A DNA stretch of 63,344 nt, filler included, from Bigelowiella natans CCMP2755 (taxonomy: Eukaryota; Protista; Cercozoa): the NCBI GenBank assembly GCA_000320545.1. It is 4 parts of 4 records of this genome, joined end to end, with 100 filler letters (N's around TTAATTAATTAA, not from the genome) between each part and the next. Parts side by side here need not be neighbours in the genome. Positions count along the whole stretch, not along the records: positions 1 to 15,154 come from ADNK01000892.1; 3 more parts are not named here. One strand, 5' to 3'. A program made the position numbers and the translations under genes. The stretch's first letter is position 1. Every line of letters begins with the position of its first letter. The notes below the pieces were generated by a model that saw only the letters and a list, made by a program, of their open reading frames with translations, was not told the origin of the DNA and searched no databases. Of the stretch, positions 1 to 10,725 are shown one piece after another.

Positions 1-290
1 GATAGAATCATGAATAAAAACGGCGGAAACGTTCTGCCCCCGCTAGTTTATGTATTGCGAGAAAGACAAAATAGAATAAACCAACGGCGAACTAGACAAG
101 AAAATGAGAATGAGGGGGTGGCCAAGGAGGTGGGGGGGGGGGGGGGGATCACAACATCTGGCAATATCATAAATGTGTGCGGGCGCGGGCATTCCGCTTG
201 TACATAGTACTGATACCTCCTCCTCCTCCTCCTCCTCCTCCTCCTCCTCCATCTAAAATTCTTTTCCACCGTCTATCCTCCTTCGCTCAG

Positions 291-1938
291 GCTGACATCC
301 TGCACAAAGGGGGGACAGCTCAACTTGACGCAGTGACGTACGCAATGTGGAGGTGGTTCTTCTGCGGAGTAGTTAGTGGGGTATACGTCGAAGGCGGCAG
401 CGTAGCGACCATCAGTATATACGCATAGAATAGCGACTCATTTTGTCCGATGTGGCAACAAAAGCAACAATGCCAACAACAACAACAGGAAGAGGAAGAA
501 GAAGAAATAGGAGGACGCGTTCTCATTGCAAAGAGAGTTGCAGAGACGATAGCCACTACATCTCGCCGTCATCCCCCTTAATCCTTTCAATTACATTCAT
601 TTGTCGGATCGTGTCCCCCCCCCCCTTTCAATATAGACACAACTCTCAGCTGATGAGAGCAGTCATGGAGTACTATGAGGTGGGTGTAATTTTCTTTTTT
701 AGCTGTAGCAGCAGGAGCAGCAGCAGCAGCCTCACACTCTCAGACCATCCATCGATGGCTTGCCCGTCGTGTCCCCTCGCCGCTTCGACTAAACCTCATT
801 CCAATACGGAAAAGGACATGCATATCGACCCGGCGCTTCTTTTACAACTCTCACCATTAACGCCTATCAGAACACCGCGGGGAGAGAGGATATGTGCAGC
901 GAAAATGTGTTGGTAGTAACAAGTTCTCATGCTTAGTGTATATCAAGTAGTATGGAAAGAGAAGAAAGGAAGGGAAGAAGGCGCTTCATGTTCTCTCGCC
1001 TCAGCACCATATAAACACCATTATTTTATAGTACAGTCATTCTATTAGCCGATCCCCACACGGCTCGATCCTATCATCGTCATCATCATCATCATCATCA
1101 TAGTCATCTCGATTGATGTTGCAAAATTCAGTTGTGATTTTGTCTGACATTCGAATTCTTGAAATCGCAAGAACATCGTACCTCCCTCCCCCGCGCGCGT
1201 TCATGCCTTCTCAAATTTTGATCCTTCCATGATTTTGTTGTATATGCAGACACATCGGTTCTCCGGCCCTCTGGGCCTTACTCTACGAGGATGGTGAGTG
1301 TTGCATGTTTGGGCGCGGTGTGCGTGGGACATCTCCCCGCCTCCCCAAATTCCACCTCCTTCAACTGCATAAGAGGAGATTCGTGCCTTTTTCACGATAA
1401 TACCCGAAGACTTTCACAGCCTATTCGACATAACAACTCGACAAATTAACTATGAAAACCGACTATCAACATCGTTTTGTCTGCGTATTCGATCTCTCCC
1501 CTCCTCCCCCCCCCCGCACCATCCTGAAATTCGGACCTGCTGATTTCGCAGGACCATCACAAATGTCGGGCCTGGGGCAGCAAGAAAAAAGCGAATAAAG
1601 AAGGGATGGAGCATCCGAGATATTAACGGAGAGAAGGTAATTGATGAAGTCCGCGCGTACACTCACAACCATGCTGTACTACATGAATATATAAATTTTT
1701 TTGTACATTTCACGGTGTAAATACGTTTTTTTCCGAACTACTTCTGTGCGCCTGCGCGTATTGGTTTAGGTGCCCGATGACACTGCAGTAATCAAGCTGC
1801 TCCTCGCAACAGCTAGAGATGTCATTCGGATTACTTTCTACAAAAAACGTCCTCCAAATGACCATTGGGAGGCTCTACTGGCAAAGGCTGTCCGCAATGT
1901 GAGTACACGTGACAATTCCCAACAGGCGCGAGCGCGCG

Positions 1939-1983
<45 letters not shown>

Positions 1984-2551
1984 TGCTTGCGTTTGCCCTT
2001 GCAAACTCACATTGTGATTATTCAATCAGTTAGATTCGGACTAATATATCCCTTTTTTGACCGCTGTTTATAGGAGAAGCTCGTCGCGGATGTGACCTTC
2101 ACCAAATCAGTGCTAGGTAACGCCGTGTTAACCACACAGCGGAAATCGTGGCGTTTCAATTCTTGTACGCATTAAAAAGCCATTCAAATGAACGGTAGAA
2201 AAAGGCAACAACGTTCCTATTTTCCGTCTTTGGGAGTGTACACCGTTTGAAGCTTCGTGTTTGTTTCTTCCTCCTAATGCGTTCGACCTGTTGCTTTTTC
2301 CCCCCCCCCCCCCCCCCCTGCTGCTGCCAGGAATAAGGCTTTCTGGGCGAGTTGTGACTTTCGTTGATCCCAAGAGAGATGCGGCCGAGAAGGGTGTGAG
2401 GCCGGGTTGGAAAGTAAATATGGTTGACGGCCACCTGGTAGTAGCAAGCAGTTGTCAGTGCCCGGTTGTGGTTTTTGTGTGAATAATATAGTAGTATTCG
2501 CCATTGTCAACAGCAGGAGGAGTAGCCGTTTGTCTGTTTGGACATATATGG

Positions 2552-2605
<54 letters not shown>

Positions 2606-2676
2606 TGTGTATGTGTGTGTGTATCTATGTGTGCTTGTGTGTGCGTATTCTATACACAACGAGAAGAATGAGGGTT

Positions 2677-2712
<36 letters not shown>

Positions 2713-3420
2713 GCAGACTAATCCTACTCATACTATATTTTCTACTACAAACATGTATCGACCTTGGTGATGGTGCAAACGACCACTTCTTAGATGCCAA
2801 ACGATGAGGCAGCGATCATCAACAGCATTCGGCTCGGATTTGCAATGAATGATACCGGCGTAGTCGTCGTAAAGTTTCTCAGGGGTGGTCCTTACGAGAA
2901 TAACAGCAATGGGGATTATAAGCAGCAGGATGATGGCAACATGGCCAGTAATCAACAAGGGGGAGACTCGCCCGGGAACAGGCATCTTCTCCTCCGCCCC
3001 CCCTCCAACAGCAGAACAAAAACCTTCCATGTACGCGCTCCATCATTCACGACTGCCCTTCTCCGAGACTTCAAGAGCAGCCACCACAACCGCTCTCCTG
3101 AGGATGAGGATGAAGGAAATGATGACGAGGCAGGAGGGGGAAGGGAAACGGTAAATCACGAGAGCAACGAGAATGGAGCGTCTTCGCGCTGGTCGGTCGA
3201 ATCCCAGAGGGATGAGGGGCGGGATATCGATGAGGAAAAGCTGGGGGAAATAGGTATCTCATCCCGTTGTGATGACGTCGGGGAGGAGGAGAGAAAGAAC
3301 AAAGAAATGAGGAGAGGGGGGAGGAGGATGTTGAATCTCAAGAACAGTGGTAACAATGATGACGACGATGACGATGACGATGAGGTAGTTGTAACGAGGA
3401 AGAAGGGAGTATCGTGCATA

Positions 3421-3481
<61 letters not shown>

Positions 3482-3908
3482 TCCACTTCATCAGTGCACC
3501 CATGCATTTTTTAACCGCTAAGCAATCCCCCCTCTCCTTCCGTTCTTCCACGCGGGCAGCAGCAGCAAGCACATCATCAACGGCAAATCACAGTATCATT
3601 TTGTTCAGGAGCTTCTCCCCATGGTAGTTCCTGACGACCACGCCAACTTCATGGAACAGCTGAAAGCAGGCGAATCGCTGGCGGCAACTCTCAGCAGGCG
3701 GCAACAAAGCGCTGAAAACGTCAGCAAAACTAGCCTCTTTTCCATCTCAAATGAGTCTTTTGCGAAGCCGAACCGTCAGCAGTCCTCGGCCAAATCAACA
3801 ACGATGCCATCACAAGACAGTAACAAAGACAACGATGGCGGGGGAGTTGCTAATTTCTCCCCTTCTCCCGGCAGCACTGTTCCTCCCGGCGGCGCATTCT
3901 TTGATTGA
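291..3908 (+). CDS. Multi-exon protein with two PDZ-like domains (5' part uncertain, probably starts upstream of the window)
   Basis: GT-AG exons at about 1250-1293, 1552-1637, 1770-1898, 2074-2116, 2330-2437, 2794-3383 and 3609-3908 join into THRFSGPLGLTLRGW-TITNVGPGAARKKRIKKGWSIRDINGEK-VPDDTAVIKLLL..IRITF and DVTFTKSVLGIRLSGRVVTFVDPKRDAAEKGVRPGWKVNMVDGHL-MPNDEAAIINSIR..VVVKF. Both match the PDZ pattern (LG-x-L, A..G++.G..+..++G). An acidic low-complexity tail follows. Confidence 0.6.
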
Positions 3909-4330
3909 ACAGCTGTGAACGCATTCGAGCGCAAATGAGACTGGTTGGTCTTTCCGAATTAACGTCAACCCGCAGTCTTGGGGAAGGATACTTGGAGTCA
4001 GGACCCATGCACAACTAGACGAGCAGCCATGCTAGCATGCCAAACATCATGCACATGCATGCAAAGTTGCCTCATCTGAAGTGCGCGATTTCACATTGAT
4101 TCCCACATTTCTACACATGCTAGCATGGATGATGGATGCGTCGCGCACGGTCGCGTAGTAGATTAATGTTGCTCGATCTGGCCGATGCACATCTAGCTAG
4201 CTAGTCTGTGCGGAGAGCAGTCCGCCTAATCTAGCAATGGCTTGCGATGATGTGCCACATGACTAGAATGGGCCAAAATGAGCGGCAGTGCTAATGATGA
4301 ACGACGCATGGAATTGAAGCAAGCTTGCTA

Positions 4331-4880
4331 GTAATCCCGGGTTTTCGTTCTTTTTAGGTGTTTTTTGGGCATCGAAATCACAGGTGCCGGTTAACCCGGG
4401 ATTGCTTCTCGAGAACCGGGCTAGATAAATCCCAGTTTTGTGAACCGAAAGAAATAAAAAGAACTGGGATTTGTCAAATTGTGAGCCTTTTTTCGAGCAC
4501 CCGGGCTAGACAAATCCCAGTTTTATGTCCTCGGTGGTCTATTTTTAGTTTTCACGATTTTTGCAGTGTTTTGTTGGGTGAAATGATGTTTCATCCTTTG
4601 TTGCATTAGATCTACGTTGCAAAAAGCAAAAAAGTACATTAGGTCCACCAGAACCCCAGATGCGGTTGATGTTATCGAGATAAAATGTATGGTATTTGTC
4701 GACTGCGACAAAGATTTTTAGATTTTAGATTAGACTACATGTAATAGATTTTAGCGTTGGTGTTAGATCTATTTCGGACGTTTTTTTTTCAAACACCAAC
4801 AGAGTTCCTCGGAGTTTGTGCCGAATTCTCGAGAATTTTGCGGATTTAGATCTACAACGTAGGAAGTGTGCGACAATCTA
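4331..4880. repeat. Cluster of short direct and inverted repeats, probably a transposon subterminal region
   Basis: CCGGGCTAGAYAAATCCCAGTTTT at about 4416 and 4501, with an inverted partial copy at 4462. Inverted pair GTAATCCCGGGTT / AACCCGGGATTGC at 4331 and 4392. TAGATCTA at about 4607, 4764 and 4847. Confidence 0.55.
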
Positions 4881-5811
4881 TGGCCGCTATTTTCGGGAAT
4901 TAATTTCTCGGTCCACAGTCCACCAGCCCCGGGCGGGGGAGCACGCCTAAAAAGTACTTACACGTTCCCGAACATCATTTCATTCAGTTCTCTTTCAGTG
5001 TCTAAAACAACTGAACACGGGGGGGGGGAAGGAGGGGTAAAATGCACTTTTTTGTAAGTTAAAACTCGAGTTGTGCCTTGTATGGCCGAAAACAGATATT
5101 AAAAATGACCTCATTGTACTCTAAAGACGAAAATTGACATCGAGCCATTTGTCCATATATCGTCTTTCCCACCCCAAATCTTCTACCTACTGCCTATCAA
5201 AATCATATGAACCCTGCCATGGTGTTTGTGGGGGGGTATGACAGCTTGTGTTCCGCTCCGGGTTCCTTTCATTCATCGCTCATTTTGATGAGATGAATAG
5301 ACGATGTGTCAATGTACACTTCTTGTCCGTTCTCCTTAGTGCATGATACTGTTATTCTCTAACGCATAATTTTATGTTATTTGTTGTAGCATGCAGGCGC
5401 GGGAGGGAACTGTTGTTCTGCTTTCTACCTCATTCAATTTCGTTGAATTGGAGAGGTATGTCAACAAAGTGAAAAGCGTCAACTTGTTGTTATGTGTATG
5501 GTTGTTTTGTATATTATGTGTATATCATATGCATGGGGTGGGAATTGAACCCTCCAGTGTGCCATATCACACCATGCTGGGTGTAATCACTACTCATGTT
5601 AATAATGGAACGTGCATGCATGCCAAAATCGATTATCACATTATGTAGTTGATCCTTCATCTCGGATTTGGTGTAATCCTGTCAAATCCCATGTGTAGTC
5701 CATCATTGTCCATCCTCTACGGGAGAACCTTGCTGCCCTGGCTTCCATGAGTTCATCTCCCAACACTGGCTTGCAAGGTCTCATTATTTTATTCCGTATG
5801 TCATCGATTAC

Positions 5812-7712
5812 TTACCTTCTTCTACCATAGGATTGCGCCACGGAATTAACAACATTTCCCCCTCCATGGCACAGGAAGCATTTGCTGTGAAATCTAGATT
5901 GCATGACGTCGTTCGTTTCAATAGCATCCACTACACTACATGCCCTCTCCAAGGTTGATATGTTTTTCACTTTGTCATCGGTAGCATGTCTGTTGACAGG
6001 GAAGAGACCAGTCTTCCTCCATGCTGAACAGATTTTCTCAGGATCTGTCTTTTCAAAATCATTCCATGCCTTTGTGATACATGAATTGAAATCAGGTTGG
6101 GAATAATGCATGGTGGGATGCTGTCGTCGCCATCGTGTGATGTGTGATCCCACAAGGCCTTTCAGGATGGAATTGGGCCCATTATCGTTGGGCGCCAGCC
6201 ATCCTGAGGTGTGTGAAGGTATGTAAACAAAATACACACGGTCGCACACCATTTCCATGTAAGCATCGGGTATCATATGAGAATCATGTCCATCGATGAT
6301 CAATATTAAAGGTCTCGTGCTTGTGCTGTTCGCTATTCTTTTGACCACACCGATGAACCCTTGTTTCGTCATGTATCCAGCTTCATTCGTGAAGAACCAG
6401 AAATCGGAACGAAGACCGAGCATGAGAGAAGAGTTTCCCCCTGTGGCGGCGGCTTGATGCACTATGCAGGGAGGGACTCTCAAACTACCATCAGCTGATG
6501 TGAAGAACAAACAGGTACTCCAAAATGGAGCTTTCTCTCCCGTCGTCCGTTCCTGTCGTTTCTCTTTCCCTCTTAGCTTGAACAGGAATTTTCGAAATTT
6601 GCCTCTAGGATCAAATCCTATTTCATCACCATATTGGAAATGCTTGGCTGCCATTTTATCGTCTTCCGGAATGCTTCCAGCACCTCGAAGGTCGTTTACG
6701 AACGACTCATATTTGTCAAAGAAAGCATTTCTGACCGCAGGCGTTGCTTTCCTGGCTCGCTTCAAGTCGATTTTGGATCCTCGTGCAGTAGTGAGTTGCA
6801 GGTGTTCACAATCGTGATCCTTGAATATTCTGTTAACTCGTTTAATGCATCTCCCTATGTACGTTCTGTGCAGCGACATGAGGCTACTCGATCGGTCAGG
6901 ATATTTTTGTTGCAAGAAACTTATGGCCATGTCACGAGCGCCGGCGCTTGTCATCGGTAGCCCCATGTCGGCAAGGCCTGTCCAGATGCGGGCCAAGAGC
7001 ATCAACTCTAGGTCCGTCAGCAGCGGCGGAATCCCGCCCCTGGACTTGGGAGCTGCATCCTTTATGAGGGATCGCAGAGTCTTATCGCTGAGCTGTGAGA
7101 TGCTGTGCACGGAGTCATTAGCGCCGATGTGGTTGTCCACGGCTTCCAACACCGCTTGCAACCGGCGTCTAATGGTCCGTTCAGGCAACCGCTCAAGCCC
7201 GCGATTGCGCCTGTCATTCACTAGCTCCCGAAGTTTTGTGCCTCTAACTCGCAGCAGCAGTGCCTCTTGCATGTCGATCTCGGTCCAAGGGCGACGTAGG
7301 GGCATCCCTGAGGTGTGTATTACATGCACATCACATTGAGTTGTCCATGTTAAAAACATCTCCATGTTCACAATAGACACAGTAACATGATGTACATTGC
7401 ACACATGTGACATCACGTTGTCCATGATTGTGAACAAATTTTTCTAGTGATTGGGTTAACATGATGTTACGCTGTCGTAATTTTTTTTGCTAGTTGGTTT
7501 GGTGCACCTATGGCTCGTCGGACGGCGACGTCGGCCCGGACCCTGCCTCTTGCTACCCCCTGGAGGCTCTTCCGTGCCTTGTAAATGGAATGGCGGGAAG
7601 TTCCGTGCTTCCGGGCTGCTGCTTCGACGGGGACACCGTCACAATGGTGATTCAGCAACGCCAGACGGAGGGCTTCGTCGTCGCTGGACTTGCGGGTGAG
7701 TTTGTTTTTCAT
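5812..7712 (-). mobile_element. pogo/Fot-like (IS630-Tc1-mariner superfamily) DD35D transposase gene with an intron
   Basis: Exon 1 (7712-7508) encodes an HTH_psq-like region (EALRLAL..GVPVEAAARKHGTSRHSI). A phase-compatible intron spans 7507-7308. Exon 2 has a CENP-B-type HTH (GGIPPLLTDLE..LADMGLPMT) and the DDE_1 motifs YGDEIGF, LIIDGHDSH and PSHTSGWLAPND, with 35 residues between the second and third Asp. A donor-like AAG|GTAAG at about 5815 suggests further 3' exons. Element termini were not identified. Confidence 0.9.
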
Positions 7713-7743
7713 CACCTGTCACCATGCAAATCACAATTAGCAA

Positions 7744-7802
7744 AAAACGGCCCCCTCCAATCGCACCCGCCAGTGGCGGGTGCGATTGGAGGGGGCCGTT
7801 TT
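7744..7802. repeat. Perfect 59-bp palindrome (29-bp arms, 1-nt spacer)
   Basis: AAAACGGCCCCCTCCAATCGCACCCGCCA-G-TGGCGGGTGCGATTGGAGGGGGCCGTTTT, about 30 bp upstream of the transposase start. Confidence 0.95.
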
Positions 7803-9001
7803 GCGTTTGGGGGTGCACACCTTGTGAATTTTCCGTTCTGAGCTCCCTTCCCAGTCCACGTAGGGTCGCCATGCGTAGACCTGGTGAGACTTCACTGTTT
7901 TGTGCTCAGACAGCACTCGATCCAAGGAACGACCGTGTTTCCACTTGGCGATGAGAGCGCAAGTCAAGTCTTCCGCTTCCTCACGAGTCTCGGGCACACG
8001 AACAGGCGGCTTCCCAGGTGCGACGTTTTCCTTGCCAGTGCGTGCCCCACCTGACGGTGCGCACAGCGTCAAGCGTCAAGCGTCATGCGAGGTGCTGGGC
8101 ACCACCAGGGGGTTCGATTCCCCCCTCGCAAAAACAACAACCACACATTGCAATGCTTGGAGCGTCTCACTGAGTGGTCACTCGCACACGACCACAACGA
8201 AACGAGGAGGCACCTGTTCGGCGAGCAACAGCACCAATTCGTGCAACTTTTGTTGACGTCAGGCAAGCCAAAGGAGAGCGGCCGCGTTTGCGAGACTAAA
8301 TGCGTTCAGATCGGCGTGAACCTGACAAAAACAACGCGAAACAACCACTTCCAATCGTCATGCAATTCGACCCCCACGTGCTCCTCACACGAACGGCGTG
8401 CAACGCATCGGAACAGGATCGACCACCTGTTTGACCACCAAGAGTGGGGAAGGACGATGACCGGGTGACACGTCGATGGCGTGAGGTGCATGGGGTTGCT
8501 TGGAAGGGCATCACGAGCGTGTTTGTGCAGGTGTCTGGAACGAGCAGGTGCTGACAGTGGTCGATATGAGCTCAATTGACCGTTGGTTTTCGTTTGAATT
8601 TGGTGCAAAATTCAAGCAGGAAAAAATTCAAGCAGGAAACATTGGGCAAAAGTTTGACCCTCAATTTCATCAAGTGCGACAATCAGAAAATGACAAATTG
8701 CTGACGAAGGGAAAAAATGCGACAGATCTAGTGGGATGTGCTACCGGCAAAAACATTTCAAAAGTAGGGTATAAGAAGTCGTAAATTGCCTCAATTTGCA
8801 GGCCCCGGATTCACAGCTTCCTTCCGGGTACGGTGGGAGAAGCAGGGGGCGGGCAGGGAAAGTCGAGGGAGAAGCAGGGTGCTTCAGGTAGGGAATTCTG
8901 CAGATGATTTTTATCGGTCAAGGGGGGGGGGGTCGGAAAATTCGGAGAATTGTTTCGGCCATGCAATGCAACAGGCCCTTGTCGCGGAAACAGTTTCGGC
9001 C

Positions 9002-10075
9002 ATGCAAAGAACGAGATGCAACTTTTCGGCCACTGTCGGTGACACACTTCCTAGCTGGCGTAGGACAATGGTGCCATGTGAGGCATTTCCAGGAAAGAGG
9101 TTTTGCAAGAACCTTGCTCTTTGGCTGGCGCTTGTGGTCACAGTCGTTGGGTTCAACCTATGGACAGAAAGCAGCGAGAGCAACTTGATCGACGAAAGCA
9201 AAGTCGAAGATCAGGAAGGAGGAGTTTTGGTTGGACCAAAAAGACAACAAAGAAATAGTAGCTATTGTCTTGTGTCCGGGTTCGTTCCCATTTACCCTGA
9301 GTGTGAAAATAATTACGCCATCATGGTCCTGACGTTGGCCTACTCGTTTCGCAATAAAACGAATCTACAGCCACTACCGAAGATGGTGTTACTCGTCAAC
9401 GACAAGGTAGAAGAAAGCACACTGGATCTCATCAAAGAAACTAAGCTGTGGGACCACATCATTCCAATCTCTGAGAATGAAAAAGGCCTGAACACATCCT
9501 CTACGTTCTTCTTCAAATTCAACGCGTTCAAACTAGGAGGGATATGTGATCGTGTCCTTTGGATGGGCGCTGACTCTGTTGTGTTGAAATCGATAGACGA
9601 ACTCTTCAAATCCCCTTTTGTCCCAGCAGCAGCACCTGACCTTCACATCTGGGCTCGACAAGGTCTCCACGTCTCCTTTAATGGAGATTTTGTTTTTTTC
9701 AAACCTTCAGAAAATGCACATAGGCGACTCATTCACTGGGTAAATGTGAACCCTTCTCCTGTGCCCGAAAACAGGCATGGGCCTCTCGACCAGGTCATCT
9801 CCTCTCTCCCTCCCCCATTTACTTTTTTGGGTTCTATTTTGTCTCTTTCTCTCACATTACATCCTCCTCAACGTTAAGAAATTCAATTTTTCACCTCTTC
9901 ATGTTTCTCAGTTGGCACAGACCTTCACACTCTGACATGAGATTGCAATATCGTGTTAGGGAGCTCTAAACGATGTTTTTGACGACCAAGTACATGTTTT
10001 GCCTTGGTATTATTCAGGTGAGTCATTAATCTACCAATTTACTACTCCATTTATTTCTCTCTCCCCCCCCCCCTC

Positions 10076-10123
<48 letters not shown>

Positions 10124-10558
10124 TTTCGTGTTTCAACAAATGCAGGGATAGGTATTCACAGCATCGAATTCTTTCTAGTTAGATCTATTAAATTAAACGG
10201 ATTTTTTTAGCATCTTTTTAAGTGATGGTAGTGCCTGTCTACGCATCTCGAATAATGGTCATGTTCTCTATGATCATCTTCAGTCTTGATCCCGAGAGTC
10301 ATGGATGAAGGATTGAACATTCAGAACATCACCACCTCCAACCACAGCACGGAATGGAGGCAAATGTTGGAAAAGCAAGACATGTGGAAAACGCTACACA
10401 TGGCCTCATTTTTAAAACCATGGATGGTCCCCAAGACTCATACGCTGACGTGGAAGTTTTTACAGAAATTCTCTAATGTGTGTGGAAATGTGATGACAGA
10501 GCATCCAATGATCGCAAAACAATTGTGCAAACAGCAAACGTGCAATTGGTGTGGCTAG
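9002..10558 (+). CDS. Glycosyltransferase family 8 (glycogenin/GUX-like), type II membrane protein, 3 exons
   Basis: TM anchor LALWLALVVTVVGFNLW, then VLTLAYS, FFKFNAFKL, RVLWMGADSVVLKSIDELF, AAAPD, FNGDFVFFKPS and LDQ|GALNDVF, ending in LHMASFLKPW. Introns at 9794-9959 and 10018-10283 are phase-consistent. The start codon is uncertain (8966, 9002 or 9068). Confidence 0.8.
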
Positions 10559-10725
10559 TCACCTGCGTTCGTTTGAAGAAACTTGTTCCTAATCTCGCAA
10601 ATCAAAATGGCTTGGAAGAACGGAGTCTGGCTATTTTTGGCACAGCGGCCGACTTTTGGGTGAAAATCACTTTTTTTTGCATCCAGGTGCAATGTGTTGC
10701 ATGAATTTTGCACCGAAGTGCAATG

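Noticed and set aside
2452-2807. Numerous ORFs with poly-HT, CV, SL, YI, M or RE runs (here and throughout the window)
   Set aside because: Translations of intronic microsatellites.
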